DNA from: Camelus ferus | Taxonomy: Eukaryota | Assembly: GCF_009834535.1 (NCBI RefSeq) | Contig: NC_045698.1 | Span: forward strand, 3,784,001 to 3,848,000 | Length of the DNA stretch: 64,000 nt | Reading direction: 5' to 3' | Shown here: one piece after another, positions 53,560 through 64,000 of the stretch | How the letters are laid out: the number at the start of each line of letters is the position of its first letter | Position numbering within the stretch: position 1 is the stretch's first letter | Program-made: the position numbers and the translations under genes | The notes under the pieces: model-generated | Databases searched by the model: none | What the model was told of the DNA's origin: nothing | What the model saw: only the letters and a program-made list of their open reading frames with translations

Positions 53560-55600
53560 TAGCTTGTACACATACGGATCATCTCTTTTAAATATACTGC
53601 TGGATTCATCTTGCTCATTCTGTATTTAAAGGCCATTGGAGCAGGGTTCTGGTGTGAGTTTGGCCTGTGATGTTTTTTCTTTTTGTGTTTGCTTCTTCTT
53701 CACGTTCTGTTCCTGTTTTGGCTTGAATACCAAGGTACACTGATCTCCTTGAATGGTTAGGAGTATTTTTCCTTCCTCTGCTCTGGGAGAATTTGTTTAA
53801 GATAAAAAGTTCGGTAGATCTTGCCTACAACACGTTAGCCTAGAATTCTCTCTGTGGGAAGACGTAACTACTGCTTCAATTTATTTGATATTTCTAATGC
53901 TATTCAGACGTTTTCTAGATTTAGTTTTGCCAAGTCATATTTTTCTAGAATTTCTCCGTTTTGTTTAAGTTTTCAAGTTTGTTGGTGTCAAACTGTGCTT
54001 TATTTAAGCTGTGTTGTGTCTGTATTTGTGTCCATGTCAGTTTTTAATAGTCCTTTGTTTGCCTTCCCTCTTATTTTCTGGATCAACTACTAGAAGTTTG
54101 TCTATTTTTTAACCTTTTCGGAAACCAATTTTTGGCTCTATCTTCTCTATTGATGTTTATTTAATCGATTTCTGCTTCCTTCTTTATTTTTTCCTCACAT
54201 TCACTTCATTTGTGTCTATTCAGTGATTTACTTTGTACCTTTTTAAGTTGGATATTTAACTCATTAGTATTTAGAGTTCCTTCTTTTTAATAAAAGAGGG
54301 TAGGATTAAAATCTTCCCTATAAGTGTTACTTTATTTGCTTCTCACCAGTTTTAATGTAGTATTTTCATTATCATACATTTGTGAGTATTTCTAAATAGT
54401 CCTTATAATTTCATTCTGACCCGTGAGTAATGTACAAGTGGGTCTTTTATTTTTCAGGTAGGTAGAGGCCTTTGATTTTTTCTCTTTGTCTTACTGGCCT
54501 CTAACTTAATTGCATCCTGGTCACACGACATGATCTGTGCAATACAAATGATTTGAACTCTGTTGACATTTGCTTTATGTCCTCCAGCATGGCCAAGTTT
54601 TGTAAGAATCTTGTGTGTATTTGAGATCAATGTGATTCTTTAATTCTTGGGTGCAGAATTCTATAGAATCTATTAAGACATGCTGGTTAATTGTCACATT
54701 AGTCAGGGTTTTCCAGAGGAGCAGAACAGTGGGAAGCACATTGATTTATATAAGAGGAGATTTATTTCAGATTTGGCTCATGCTGTTATATGGAGACTGA
54801 GAAGTCCCATGGTCTGTCATCTGCAAGTTGGAGCCCCAGGAAAGCCAGTGGTGTAGTCCAATCTGACTCCCAAAGGCCTGAAGACCAGGGAAGCTGATGG
54901 TATAAGTCCCTGAATCCAAAGGCCCAAGAACCAGGAGCTGGGATGTCCGAGGGCAGGAGAAGATGGGAGAAGATGGACGTCCCAGGTGAAGAGCAGAGAG
55001 AATTTGCTCTATTCCAGCCCTCATCCTGTTAGTAAGGATGGACTTTCTTTACTCTGTCTGATGAATCAAATGCTAACCTCTTCCATAGACACCCTCACAG
55101 ACACACCCAGAAATAATGTTTTCCAGCTCTCGGGGTCCCTCAGCCCAGGCAGTGAAGGTGATGTGCAATTAAGCACCACAGCTGTGTTGCTCAAATCTTA
55201 TTTAACAATTTTCCCTATTTGACCCAATAATAATTGCGAAAGGTCTGTTGAATGATCACACCATGAGAGCAGATTTTCGTTTTCTTCCTGTATATCTATA
55301 AACATTTACTTCAAATACCCAGGCATATTTGAAAGCTTCACAGAAGTTTTCCACTGTTAAATGCTTTTGTTGAACTGATTTTTTTGGTATCTTTTTGTAG
55401 TGACTCTTCTTGTCTAAAATGCTTTTTGACCTAAAGTCCATCTTGACTGCCATTGATAAGAGTCCCCAGGTCTCTTTGGGGTAGCACCAGCCTGTTCACA
55501 CTTCTCTGTCTTCTTACTTTCACACTTTCTGTGTCTGTAGATTCAGTTGCTTCTCTTATAAACACCATATAGTTGGATTACAAAGTCAACCTCATAATCC
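53560..55600 (-). mobile_element. old L1 ORF2 fragment split by an MLT2 LTR
   Basis: T-rich antisense L1 motifs ('tctaacttaattgcatcctggtca', 'ttgggtgcagaattctata'), resuming after 55180 with 'gtgttgctcaaatctt'. Confidence 0.75.
54695..55180 (-). mobile_element. MLT2 (ERVL) solo LTR
   Basis: Runs 'attagtcagggttttccagag...ggagactgagaagtccca..ctgcaagttggagccccaggaaagccagtggtgta...accctcacagacacacccagaaataatgttt'. Confidence 0.92.
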
Positions 55601-55889
55601 CGAGTCTTCACTGCTGCGTTTGGGTCACTTCCTTTCACTGTCTTCACTTGTCTATTTGGAGTTGCCTCTCTGCTGGCTTGAAATTCTCAGTAATTTTGGA
55701 AACAGGATTCTGCCTTTTCATTTTGCACCGAGCCCCACAAATTCTGCATTCAGTCCTGCAGAAGAAAGGTCTGGCTGGGGAAGAAGCTGCCACCAACCCT
55801 GGAGGCTGGGCTTTTTATCTGGAACCATCAGCCATTCTCTTTCCTGCTGGCAACCGATTCTGTTCCTATGCTGGATTTTCTTTTAGAGC

Positions 55890-56060
55890 TGAATTTACTG
55901 AGCACCTAATATGGGAGGGGATCATGCATACAAAAAGGCATTTAATCTTCACAGTAACACTATGAGCAGAATTAGTATTACCCCAATCAGTGGAAGCTCA
56001 GAAGTTAAGTAACTTGCAGAAAATCAACACCTGGAGATGGCAGGGCCCCAGGTCCAACCC
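55890..56060 (-). mobile_element. MIR SINE remnant
   Basis: Contains 'tttaatcttcacagtaacactatgag...gctcagaagttaagtaacttgc'. Confidence 0.7.
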
Positions 56061-58134
56061 CCGGCCTGGAACTCTACCCTACCCCTCTAACCAACAGCCT
56101 GTGTCCTGATCTGGGTTTAGCAAAGTGCTGGCTCCGGGATTAGTTTTCTGATGACACTGTTCTCCTCTCAGCTCCTATTTGCTGTGTCTCCTTCCCCAGG
56201 AGGAGAAGGAGCTCCTACCTCTGCTTTTGGCTTCAGACATGATAACTCCAGTCCAGTGGCTGCAGTGGCAGTGTTCAGCTGGAGAGACTTGACCTGCTTC
56301 GCTGTAAGGACTTCTGGAGCCACGCCTCATGCTGCTGGCCTCGCCCACGTGGTCACAGCCTGGCACTTCTACCAACTAAACCCCCTTGCAGTTGTCTGGG
56401 GGCTCTCTTGCTCCCCGCCAGGTGGACCTCAGTTCCTGGCTGCACCCCAGCTTCCTTATGCTCTTCTGGAACGTTTCACAGAACTGACCTAAAGACCAAT
56501 CCTAATGCTTTTTGTTTTTGACGCCCAAATTCTCACCCAGACACGAGCTGCTGCTCTGGAGACCTCTGGCTTCCTTTCCAGATCATTGTTGCTTTTGGTC
56601 CTCTCCCTCTGTTTTATAGCTTTACAGTTAGACTCCCTTCCCCAGTTCTGGCCTGGGTACCTACTCTGTTCCTCCCTTTGATCTGTTTCTAACAATGGGA
56701 CTCCATGACTCTTTTTTGAAATTCCACTAGGCGATTCACTGTCAGCTCACTCTGCTGCCCTCTGCATCTGGAGTCAGCTCAGCCTCGTTAGGGGACCCTC
56801 ACTCCTCTGACTCCATGCAGTAACCCCACCCCAAGAAGAAAGACGAATAGTCTGTGCACACCTGAAACTACTATTGTAAATCAACTGTACTTCAATTAAA
56901 AATGTTAAAAAATAGTGTGTGAATATATATACACACTGCACACAATCCCTTCCCTCCTGCAGCCCAAACACTTCACCATTTCCCTCGGAAGCCCCAACAG
57001 ACATTTGCATTGACCTGTCCCGTAGGCAGAATTGTCTTGCAGAACTCATCCTGCTCCCAGCGGACCTTACGCAAACCCCGTGGTCACTTCACTTTTGCTA
57101 TCTTTCTGTGCTGGTAGCTATTAGACTATCAGCTCTGTAAACTGTGTCTTCAAGTCCTTTAGAGTCACTGTACAAGCTGGTAAATCACTGGTGCTTAGGA
57201 CATGCTTATATGTGAACCTCAGCTGGCAAGGGCCTCCAACTGGAAGGTCTTTAAGAGGCTGGCACAGTCCTAGCTGTGTGAGGGGCAGTGAGGGTTCCGT
57301 AACTGCAAGCTGAGCTTCAGACCAGCCCAGCACAGTTTCACAGTGTAGATGGTGCTGTGTTAGTCTGATGCACTATACAAGATTTTTACATAAACTCATG
57401 GACTTTGTGTGGGCATCTCATAAGTCACTGCTCTTAACTCTATGTGCATAACCATTTGCCAGTATTTCCTTCAGTATTCGTAAAAGTAAGATGGATCTGT
57501 TACCGTGATCATGCTCTCGTCTACCTTTTCCTCATGAAGAAGTGCTTTCCATGTGGTGCTGCGCAGAGTTTTAATGTTCTATGTTAATATCCTTCTTTAT
57601 ATGCATGAGGCAATTAGCTGTTTGAAAGCTCATGGATTTCTCTTTTAAATGAAATACTCCTGGTAATACATTAAGACCTGGTGTCTTACTATTTTCATTT
57701 CTTTTTTTTTTCTTTCTCCTTGTGTTTTGTCTGAATTTCTTAATCCCTTTTCTTATTATATGGCAAGTTTTAAATTTCTAGCTGTAATAGAGCACGCTAA
57801 TTATTCCTAATGGTATGCACCATCCTGAGATTGGCCAGCTAATTTGGTAATACTCATAGGATGTGCAGCTTTTAGTCTCCTTTTCTCATTTGCACCTTTT
57901 AAATATATTTTAATGGTTGCCTGCACTCACTGACATCCTGCCTCTAAAGTGAGAGGGTTTATATTCATATTTGCTGAAGGGGAAACATTGTTTTCACCAT
58001 GATTATGCTAGTGTTTTAGTAATTAAGATTGTAGACAACTTTAAAATAGAGTATTGTTTTAAAATATAATAACAGGCTGAGTTGGCATGCTTGCAAGGAT
58101 CAGGAATCAGGTTTCTTTCTTCAGTTTATGACAC

Positions 58135-58290
58135 AGTTTTTTATATTTTTAAAAATTGTTTTAATTGAAGTCAATTACAATGTGTCAATTTCTGGTGTAC
58201 AGCACAATGTCCCAGTCATGCATATATATACAGATATTTGTTTTTATATTCTTTTTTATTAAAGGTTAATACAAGATATTGAATATATTT
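58135..58290 (-). mobile_element. short L1 3' end
   Basis: Contains 'aattgaagtcaattacaatgtgtcaatttctggtgtacagca...acaagatattgaatata'. Confidence 0.85.
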
Positions 58291-58809
58291 TTTATCCATT
58301 TGTCTTCGGACTCTATATATATATTTTTTTTTAATAAAGTAGTACTGATCCACATTAAAAAACTCCAACTGTTGGAGACCAGATATAAGTTGAGTTACTT
58401 AATGTTGTTATTTGAGATTTTTTTCTCTGAGAACTAGAACAACAAAATTGTAAACAGCAGTTTAAAAATAAGAAAAATAAAATTTTATTCAATAAGAGGC
58501 CATGAACAGTTAAAATTTGAGGTTCAGTTTCATAGAATAGTCCAGAAAGGGCAGAGACAGAGCCTGCTTAAGGATTTATAGACACAGGTAGGAATGCGGC
58601 ACCAGGAACACGGAGCTTGGTCCCCAGGGGAAGAAGCAGATTTAGGAGCAGAAGTCAGCACCCAGAGGAGGGGGCTGTGGCTGGAAGAGATGCTTCCTGC
58701 CCCCCGCCCCCCCCCCCCGGCTGCCGCTGTCCACGCCGAGGGAGGTGCTGAAGGCAGGGAGGGTGAGGGGGCTCCTGGGAAGAGGAAGAGATCTGACGCT
58801 AGCCAAAGG

Positions 58810-59195
58810 CAGTGAAGACAGACTTCACTCATTCCTATTGCAAGACAGGCTTCAGTAGGACTGAACCCAACTCCAAACAAGCAAAGCTGGAGGTTTATAG
58901 CCAAGGACCAGGGCGAGGGGTCAGTGGGAGGAAAAGTATTTAGAAGGGATGCCACGGGTAGGGATTTTGCTCAACTGCAGCAGGATTGCTGCCAAGGCAG
59001 GCCACGACTTAGACACCAGGGGTGGAGGAGGAGGGGCCTGATCATATGTCAAGGGTGGGGGCTCTTGCTCAACTGACTTAGCAGGATTCTTGTTAAACTG
59101 GGTTCGGCAGGACAAGATCGGGGCCCCAGGATGAGGTCTCACTGAAAAGAGGCTCAGAGGAGCCTGTCTAAAGTCTGGTCAAGGAGTCTTTGTCA
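58810..59195 (-). mobile_element. ERV1-class LTR remnant (MER31/MER67-like)
   Basis: Contains 'ggtttatagccaaggaccagggcgaggggtcagtgg' and 'gacttagcaggattcttgttaaactgg', and ends 'ggtcaaggagtctttgtca'. Confidence 0.65.
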
Positions 59196-59312
59196 CCCTG
59201 GTGAACAGGGAGCAGGAGAGAAGCTGAGGTGGCCCCCTGCAGACGTCTTCTCTGCCTCGGCCTTGCCCTCGCCCTGCCCTCACCAGCCCTCCACCACTTG
59301 GGCTCCACAGAG

Positions 59313-60150
59313 CAGGTCCTCCCAGCCCATCCCTCCTCTTCTCAATGGGCCAAAGCAAGTGTCATCCACCTGGCAGCCTCAGCTTGAGTCAGGAACATTC
59401 AGCTGGAGCTGGGGTGCCAGCCACTCCCTGCCCTACAAACCCACAGCCCGGGCTTTACCCAGTCTCACCACGTCTGTGCCATGTCTGGGAGATGACCCTT
59501 TCTCTCCACTGGAAAGTGAATACAGCCTGTCTTGCACACAGCAGAATTGGGTCCTGGAATGGAGACTCAGGACCCACAGAGCAGCGCGTCCCCAGCAGGT
59601 GGGTGAGCTCTCCAGGCCTTTGCAGCAGACTCCTGCCCCAGTCGTCACAGCAGACACCTCGTGGGCTCCAAACAGGGACTCCTGGCCCAAAGAGGTGTAG
59701 CTGGCAGTGCAGGGCCATGCAGACCCTGTCTGAGGGGCCCTGGGGACCACCCTCCTGCTGCTGCTGGTGTCTGCCCCACAGGCCCTCCCTGTTCTCACCT
59801 GTTCTCCAGGGCCGATGCCGGGGTTCCACCCTCCTCCTCCAGCAGTGCCACTTCTGGGCCAATGACTGCTCCCTCTCCTCTGGAAGATGGGATCCTGAGT
59901 CCTTTCCAGGACCCACTTCTGTTGTGTGCAAGGCAGACTGTATTCACTTTCCAGTGGAGAGAAAGGGTCATCTCCCAGACACGGCACATACGTGGTGAGA
60001 CTGGGTAAAGCCCGGGCTGTGGGTATGTAGGGCAGGGAGTGGCTGGCACCCCAGCTCCAGCTGAATGTTCCTGACCCATGCTGAGGCTGCCAGGCAGATG
60101 ATACTTGCTTTGGCCTGCTGAGAAGAGGAGGGATGGGCTGGGAGGACCTG
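59313..60150. repeat. long inverted repeat: arms ~59313-59576 and ~59888-60150, spacer ~310 bp
   Basis: The right arm is the reverse complement of the left arm, with about 15-16 substitutions plus small indels at the inner end (hand alignment). Mirror-image ORFs on opposite strands (59263+/59433- and 59345+/59795-) confirm this. Confidence 0.97.
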
Positions 60151-62659
60151 GGCAGCCCCCACGGTGAAATGTACTGAGATGTTGCACTGCATAACCTGAG
60201 AGTTACTTTTCCAAAATAGAAATGATGGATTTGTGCAGATCTGTCTGTGAACTTCTTACCTGTCTCCTCCCCACTGCTGAACGAAATGAAACCTCCCTAG
60301 AGTTGGTGAAATGTATTTGAATATAAGAACTGCAGGTGATAGAAATAAAGCCAAATCTCTACATTATTTTTCATTAGTAATTCATTGAGCTACCTGTCCG
60401 CCGACTATTCAATCAGCCCTTCCACTGGGGAGGGAGGAAGAGCAAATTGCGCATCTGTTTGAAGTCACCCTCTCCCTGATGCCTTTGAGATGGAGAATTT
60501 GCCCATTTTTCCTTGAAGGATCAGAGGCCAGAGAAGTTTTTGCAGTCTCGCCTGCAGGTGGGGCTCACACCAGGGAGATGCTCAGTGCATCCCGGGAAGT
60601 GTTGTTCTGTGCAGTCTCTCTGCCCACTGCCGTTGTGCGACGGTCCTCTTTGCTGCGGAGCCTCTTCTCCTGTGCTTCCCTTTCCTCTTCAGAAGTGAAG
60701 TGTGGCCAGTCAGCGGGGCTGTGTGCGCTGCCCCACGTGAGCCTCGCAAGTGGCTGCTCCGTTGCTCCTTTGCTGCTCCCTTGAGGTTTCTTCCCAACAT
60801 CCAGTGATCCCTCCGCAGAGCTGTGCTGAGGGGCTCACGCCTGCTCTCTGCTTTCCCTCTTAGGCAGCCAAATCCCCACCTGAATAGCTGTGGGAACAGC
60901 CTGAGAGTCTCTGGGTGGGACAGTGCTTTTTAAAATCAAAGCGCCTCTACCTTTGTGACTGGCAGGCCCAGGGAGCTTTGTAAGCTGATTTCTTTTCCTG
61001 CCTGATGGAGTCGGAATATCTTGCCCAGATGCCTGGTGTTGGGAAGGGCAGGTCAATGTTAGCGGGACTTGCCATACGCTAATTTGACCTAAAGGCTTTC
61101 TGAGCTCATACGGGCTCTTCTACTGGACCAGAGATGCAGGACGGAAAGCATGTTCTTCTTTCAGCCACTATGATGAGCAAGTGTCTGCAGCGCAGACTTA
61201 AATTTAACCAAAATATTATGATGACAAGCAGCTCAAGCTCACAATCAAGGAAGGAATCTCAAAGATGGAGACAGGAGACAAGTTGGGCTTTTTACGAATT
61301 TGTGCTGTTTTATTGTAGCAAATGCTGGTGTGTTGGAACTCAGGGCACTCCCAGTCCCTCCTATAGGTCTACCCTGGTCCAGGCTTTGCTGTGGTCATTT
61401 CATGATGGAGTGGTCTGCAACCCAACACCGGAGTTAAGTGCAGAAGGAACACGGGAGAGTTGTGTGCTTGGTGCAAGCAGAGGACCCCTCCTGGGCAGAG
61501 GGCATGTGAGTCGGGCTTTGAAGAAAGCTGGGATTCTGTGCAGGGGGACTGGAGAAGGGCCTGCAGGAGGAGGAAGGAGGCTGGGAGCTGAGACCTCCTT
61601 TGCTCAGAGGCTTGGAGTTATTCAGAGTCAGAACGCCATGGCCAGCATTAGGCTGGCCTCAGCGCTAGCCCACTCTCAGATTGAGGCAGGCCTTGGTTTT
61701 TCTCATCGTGGGGCCCACTTGAAATGACAGTCACCCCTGATTGTGCCCTTAGATCACAGTCAGACAATGCACGTGTAACCCTGAGTGCAAGCTCTGGGGT
61801 CACAGCTGTCCTGTGACTTCACCACGGAGCAGACAGCCACCAGCTCCCAATGCACCAAGCCTCCCCCTTGGGTGTGTCCAACAGCCAGTAAGTGATGGAA
61901 GGCGGGGGGTGGGGGGTGCTGACCAGCACAGCACACTGCCTGGGCTCAGCTCCTCATCTGCAGAGACAATAGCTTCCCACGTTCTGTGGGCCTTCCTAGC
62001 TGCCCTTTCAATACGGCAGAAGGAGTCCCTGAAATTATGTGCAAAACTGGGGGCTGTGTGCGGGCATCTGAATTTTCTGGGAAGCAGGACTTCCATCAGA
62101 TTCTCAGAGAAGGCCCTGAGCCCCACAGCTCAGGAGCCCCCGCAGGAGCTGTTACTCCCCTTCTTCCTGCCCAGGCCCCCGGCCCCGGGCAGAGCCGGGG
62201 GCAGGAGCAGTTGCTCTGCTCCTGCGGGGAGGGCTGGCTCTCAAGGCACCCCTGCCTCCTGCGAGACACGCTTGGATGGAGAAAGGCCTGCCTCCTGTAA
62301 CCCAAGGGACCCTTCGCTTTTCTCTTCTTCCAGAAGCCCAAGCTCATTTGCTTGATAAGAGTCCCAGGGAGGGACCACTGCACTCAGAGGTCCATACTTT
62401 CCCCTCTAGTACTCTTCAAAATAACTTTCGCCGTGAATCTGCTACAATGAAAAGTGGACCCCAGGTCTGCTCTTTCCTGTCGGTGCCTGGCTTAGTTTAT
62501 CGGTAAGCGTTTTGGAAGATTCCGTGTGGGCGCCTGCTGACCTCCCTGCTCGGTCCTCCTGCCCAACGTGGGGCAAGCTTGCCCCGTGTGCTGATTCCTC
62601 AGTGGTTTTCTTTGGCAATTTGATTTTCTGGAGCTCATGTCAGAGTTATTTTAAGGGTT

Positions 62660-63340
62660 CAGCACTGCCCGCTAGAGTTTCCTACAGTAATGGTAAAGCC
62701 CTATATCTGCCCCTTTCAGTGTGGCAGCCACTAGCCACACGTGGCTTTGGCACTTGGCGTGTGGTTCGTGGGAATGAGGAACTTGAGGTCAGCAGGGTAG
62801 TGACCTCCCCAGCGACATGCATGTCCTTGTAGCTGGAAACTGAATACATGATCTTAGCTGGTGAGGGGGGACTGAGGTGACGGAGGAATTAAGGCTGCTA
62901 GTGAACTGACCTTCAGGAGGGAGATTGTTCTGGATTCCTCTCGGGCCCAGTGTCATCACAAGCGTCCTTCAAAGTGGCAGAGGGAGGTAGGGAAGGACAT
63001 CGGTGATGAGACGTGAGAGGAGCTCCAATGGCCATTGCTGGCCTGGAAGACAGAAGGACCCTGAGCCCAGGGACGTGGGAATGTGGGTGGCCACTAGAAG
63101 CTGGAAAAGGCAAGAGTTTTCAGAAAGGAACACAGCCTTGCTGACAATTTTAGCCCAGTGAGACCAGGTTGGGCCTCTGACCTCTAAAACTGTAGGATCA
63201 CATATTTGTGTTGTTTTAAATCACTAAATGTGGAATAATTTTTTACAGCAGAAACAGAAAAGTAATACAGTACTAATCAATTTTAATTGAATTAATTTAA
63301 ACGAGGAGCCCCGTGTGGCTGGTGACTCCCATGCCACCCA
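62660..63340. mobile_element. MER3/MER33-like hAT MITE split by an MLT1 LTR
   Basis: The left part reads 'gtggcagccactagccacacgtggct...gaggaact' (to ~62785). It resumes as 'ttttaattgaattaatttaaa..gtgtggctggtg' after ~63272. Confidence 0.7.
62790..63270 (+). mobile_element. MLT1D-like solo LTR
   Basis: Contains 'ggaattaaggctgctagtgaactgacctt' and 'ctagaagctggaaaaggcaag', and ends 'acagcagaaacagaaaagtaataca'. Confidence 0.9.
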
Positions 63341-63469
63341 CCCCAGTGGAGGCTGCAGCGCCCTGAGGCAGTCAACACGCAGACGGTGCCGTCAGTGACC
63401 CTACCAGACCCAGAAACTTGCCTCACTGCCCTCCTTGTCACTTCTTATCCGCCCTCTCTCTCTGCACAA

Positions 63470-63901
63470 AGAATGTCGCCCCGTCTTCCAGTTCTCCAAG
63501 GATCAAGTCATTGACACTGCGGTCTCTGAACTTCTGGGACCCTGGAAGGAATGCAAGATGAAGCAGTCTGTGTTGGATACACAGGCCCCTACACATGTTA
63601 AGATGCATGTCTAAGGAAGACGCTCAATGACTCCAGACTCTTGCATTTCCCATGCATAGAAAAACACCGAAATCATTAACTTGAGACGTCTGTTCTTTTT
63701 GATGAGCAGTAGTCTTTTTTAGCTCGACTATGTGGATTTCCAAAAAAATTCACATTCACACCAGCTCCTCCTCTTCCACTTCAGAACAGCTTCTCCAAGC
63801 TGTCTGAGAGGCTCTCCCAGGCCATGATCATCAGTAAGATCCCCAAGTAAAGCTAAAACTCTCTGTTCTTACATTGTGCATTTTTTTTTTTCCAGCCAAC
63901 A
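63470..63901 (+). mobile_element. probable ERV1-class LTR (cetartiodactyl type)
   Basis: Contains 'gctgtctgagaggctctcccaggcc', a poly(A)-signal-like 'agtaaa', a T-rich U5-like segment and terminal '...ccaaca'. The 5' boundary is uncertain. Confidence 0.6.
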
Positions 63902-64000
63902 TCTCTCTCCTAGCTTTCTGCCCTCTGATACGGTAGAGAAACAGGATGGGCTGATTTACTGTGGGAGGTAGACCCTGCCTGGAAACATTCATCACCAGGG

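Noticed and set aside
59263..60192. Near-identical peptides on opposite strands (PCLGDDPFSPLESEYSL; WEMTLSLHWKVNT) suggesting a duplicated gene or sense/antisense pair
   Set aside because: They are a by-product of the DNA inverted repeat, and there is no evidence that they are translated.
61134..62355. 197-aa and 180-aa plus-strand ORFs
   Set aside because: They have no recognisable domains and partly overlap what look like degraded repeat remnants, so they are probably chance ORFs.

Overview
This is mammalian non-coding DNA, very likely camelid. A Vic-1-type tRNA-derived SINE at ~29.0 kb and several cetartiodactyl-style L1 3' ends point to that group. I find no credible protein-coding gene: the ORF track is chance ORFs plus L1 ORF2 and hAT transposase remnants. 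The window is an intergenic or intronic mosaic of old and young transposable elements (L1, L2, MIR, MaLR/MLT, ERVL, ERV1 LTRs, MER DNA transposons) with one CpG-rich island at ~31.2-32.3 kb. The most unusual structure is a non-TE-looking long inverted repeat at 59313-60150, with ~264-bp arms that are ~94% identical by hand alignment and a ~310-bp spacer. Other well-supported structures are a twin-primed 5'-inverted L1 with a perfect 17-bp TSD, a TSD-flanked poly(A)-tailed retrocopy of an unidentified RNA, a hAT-Blackjack fossil with nested insertions, and an internally deleted two-LTR ERVL-type provirus. I see no convincing evidence for a new multi-gene biological system. Repeat family names come from recalled consensus similarity, not from a search, and most boundaries are approximate.
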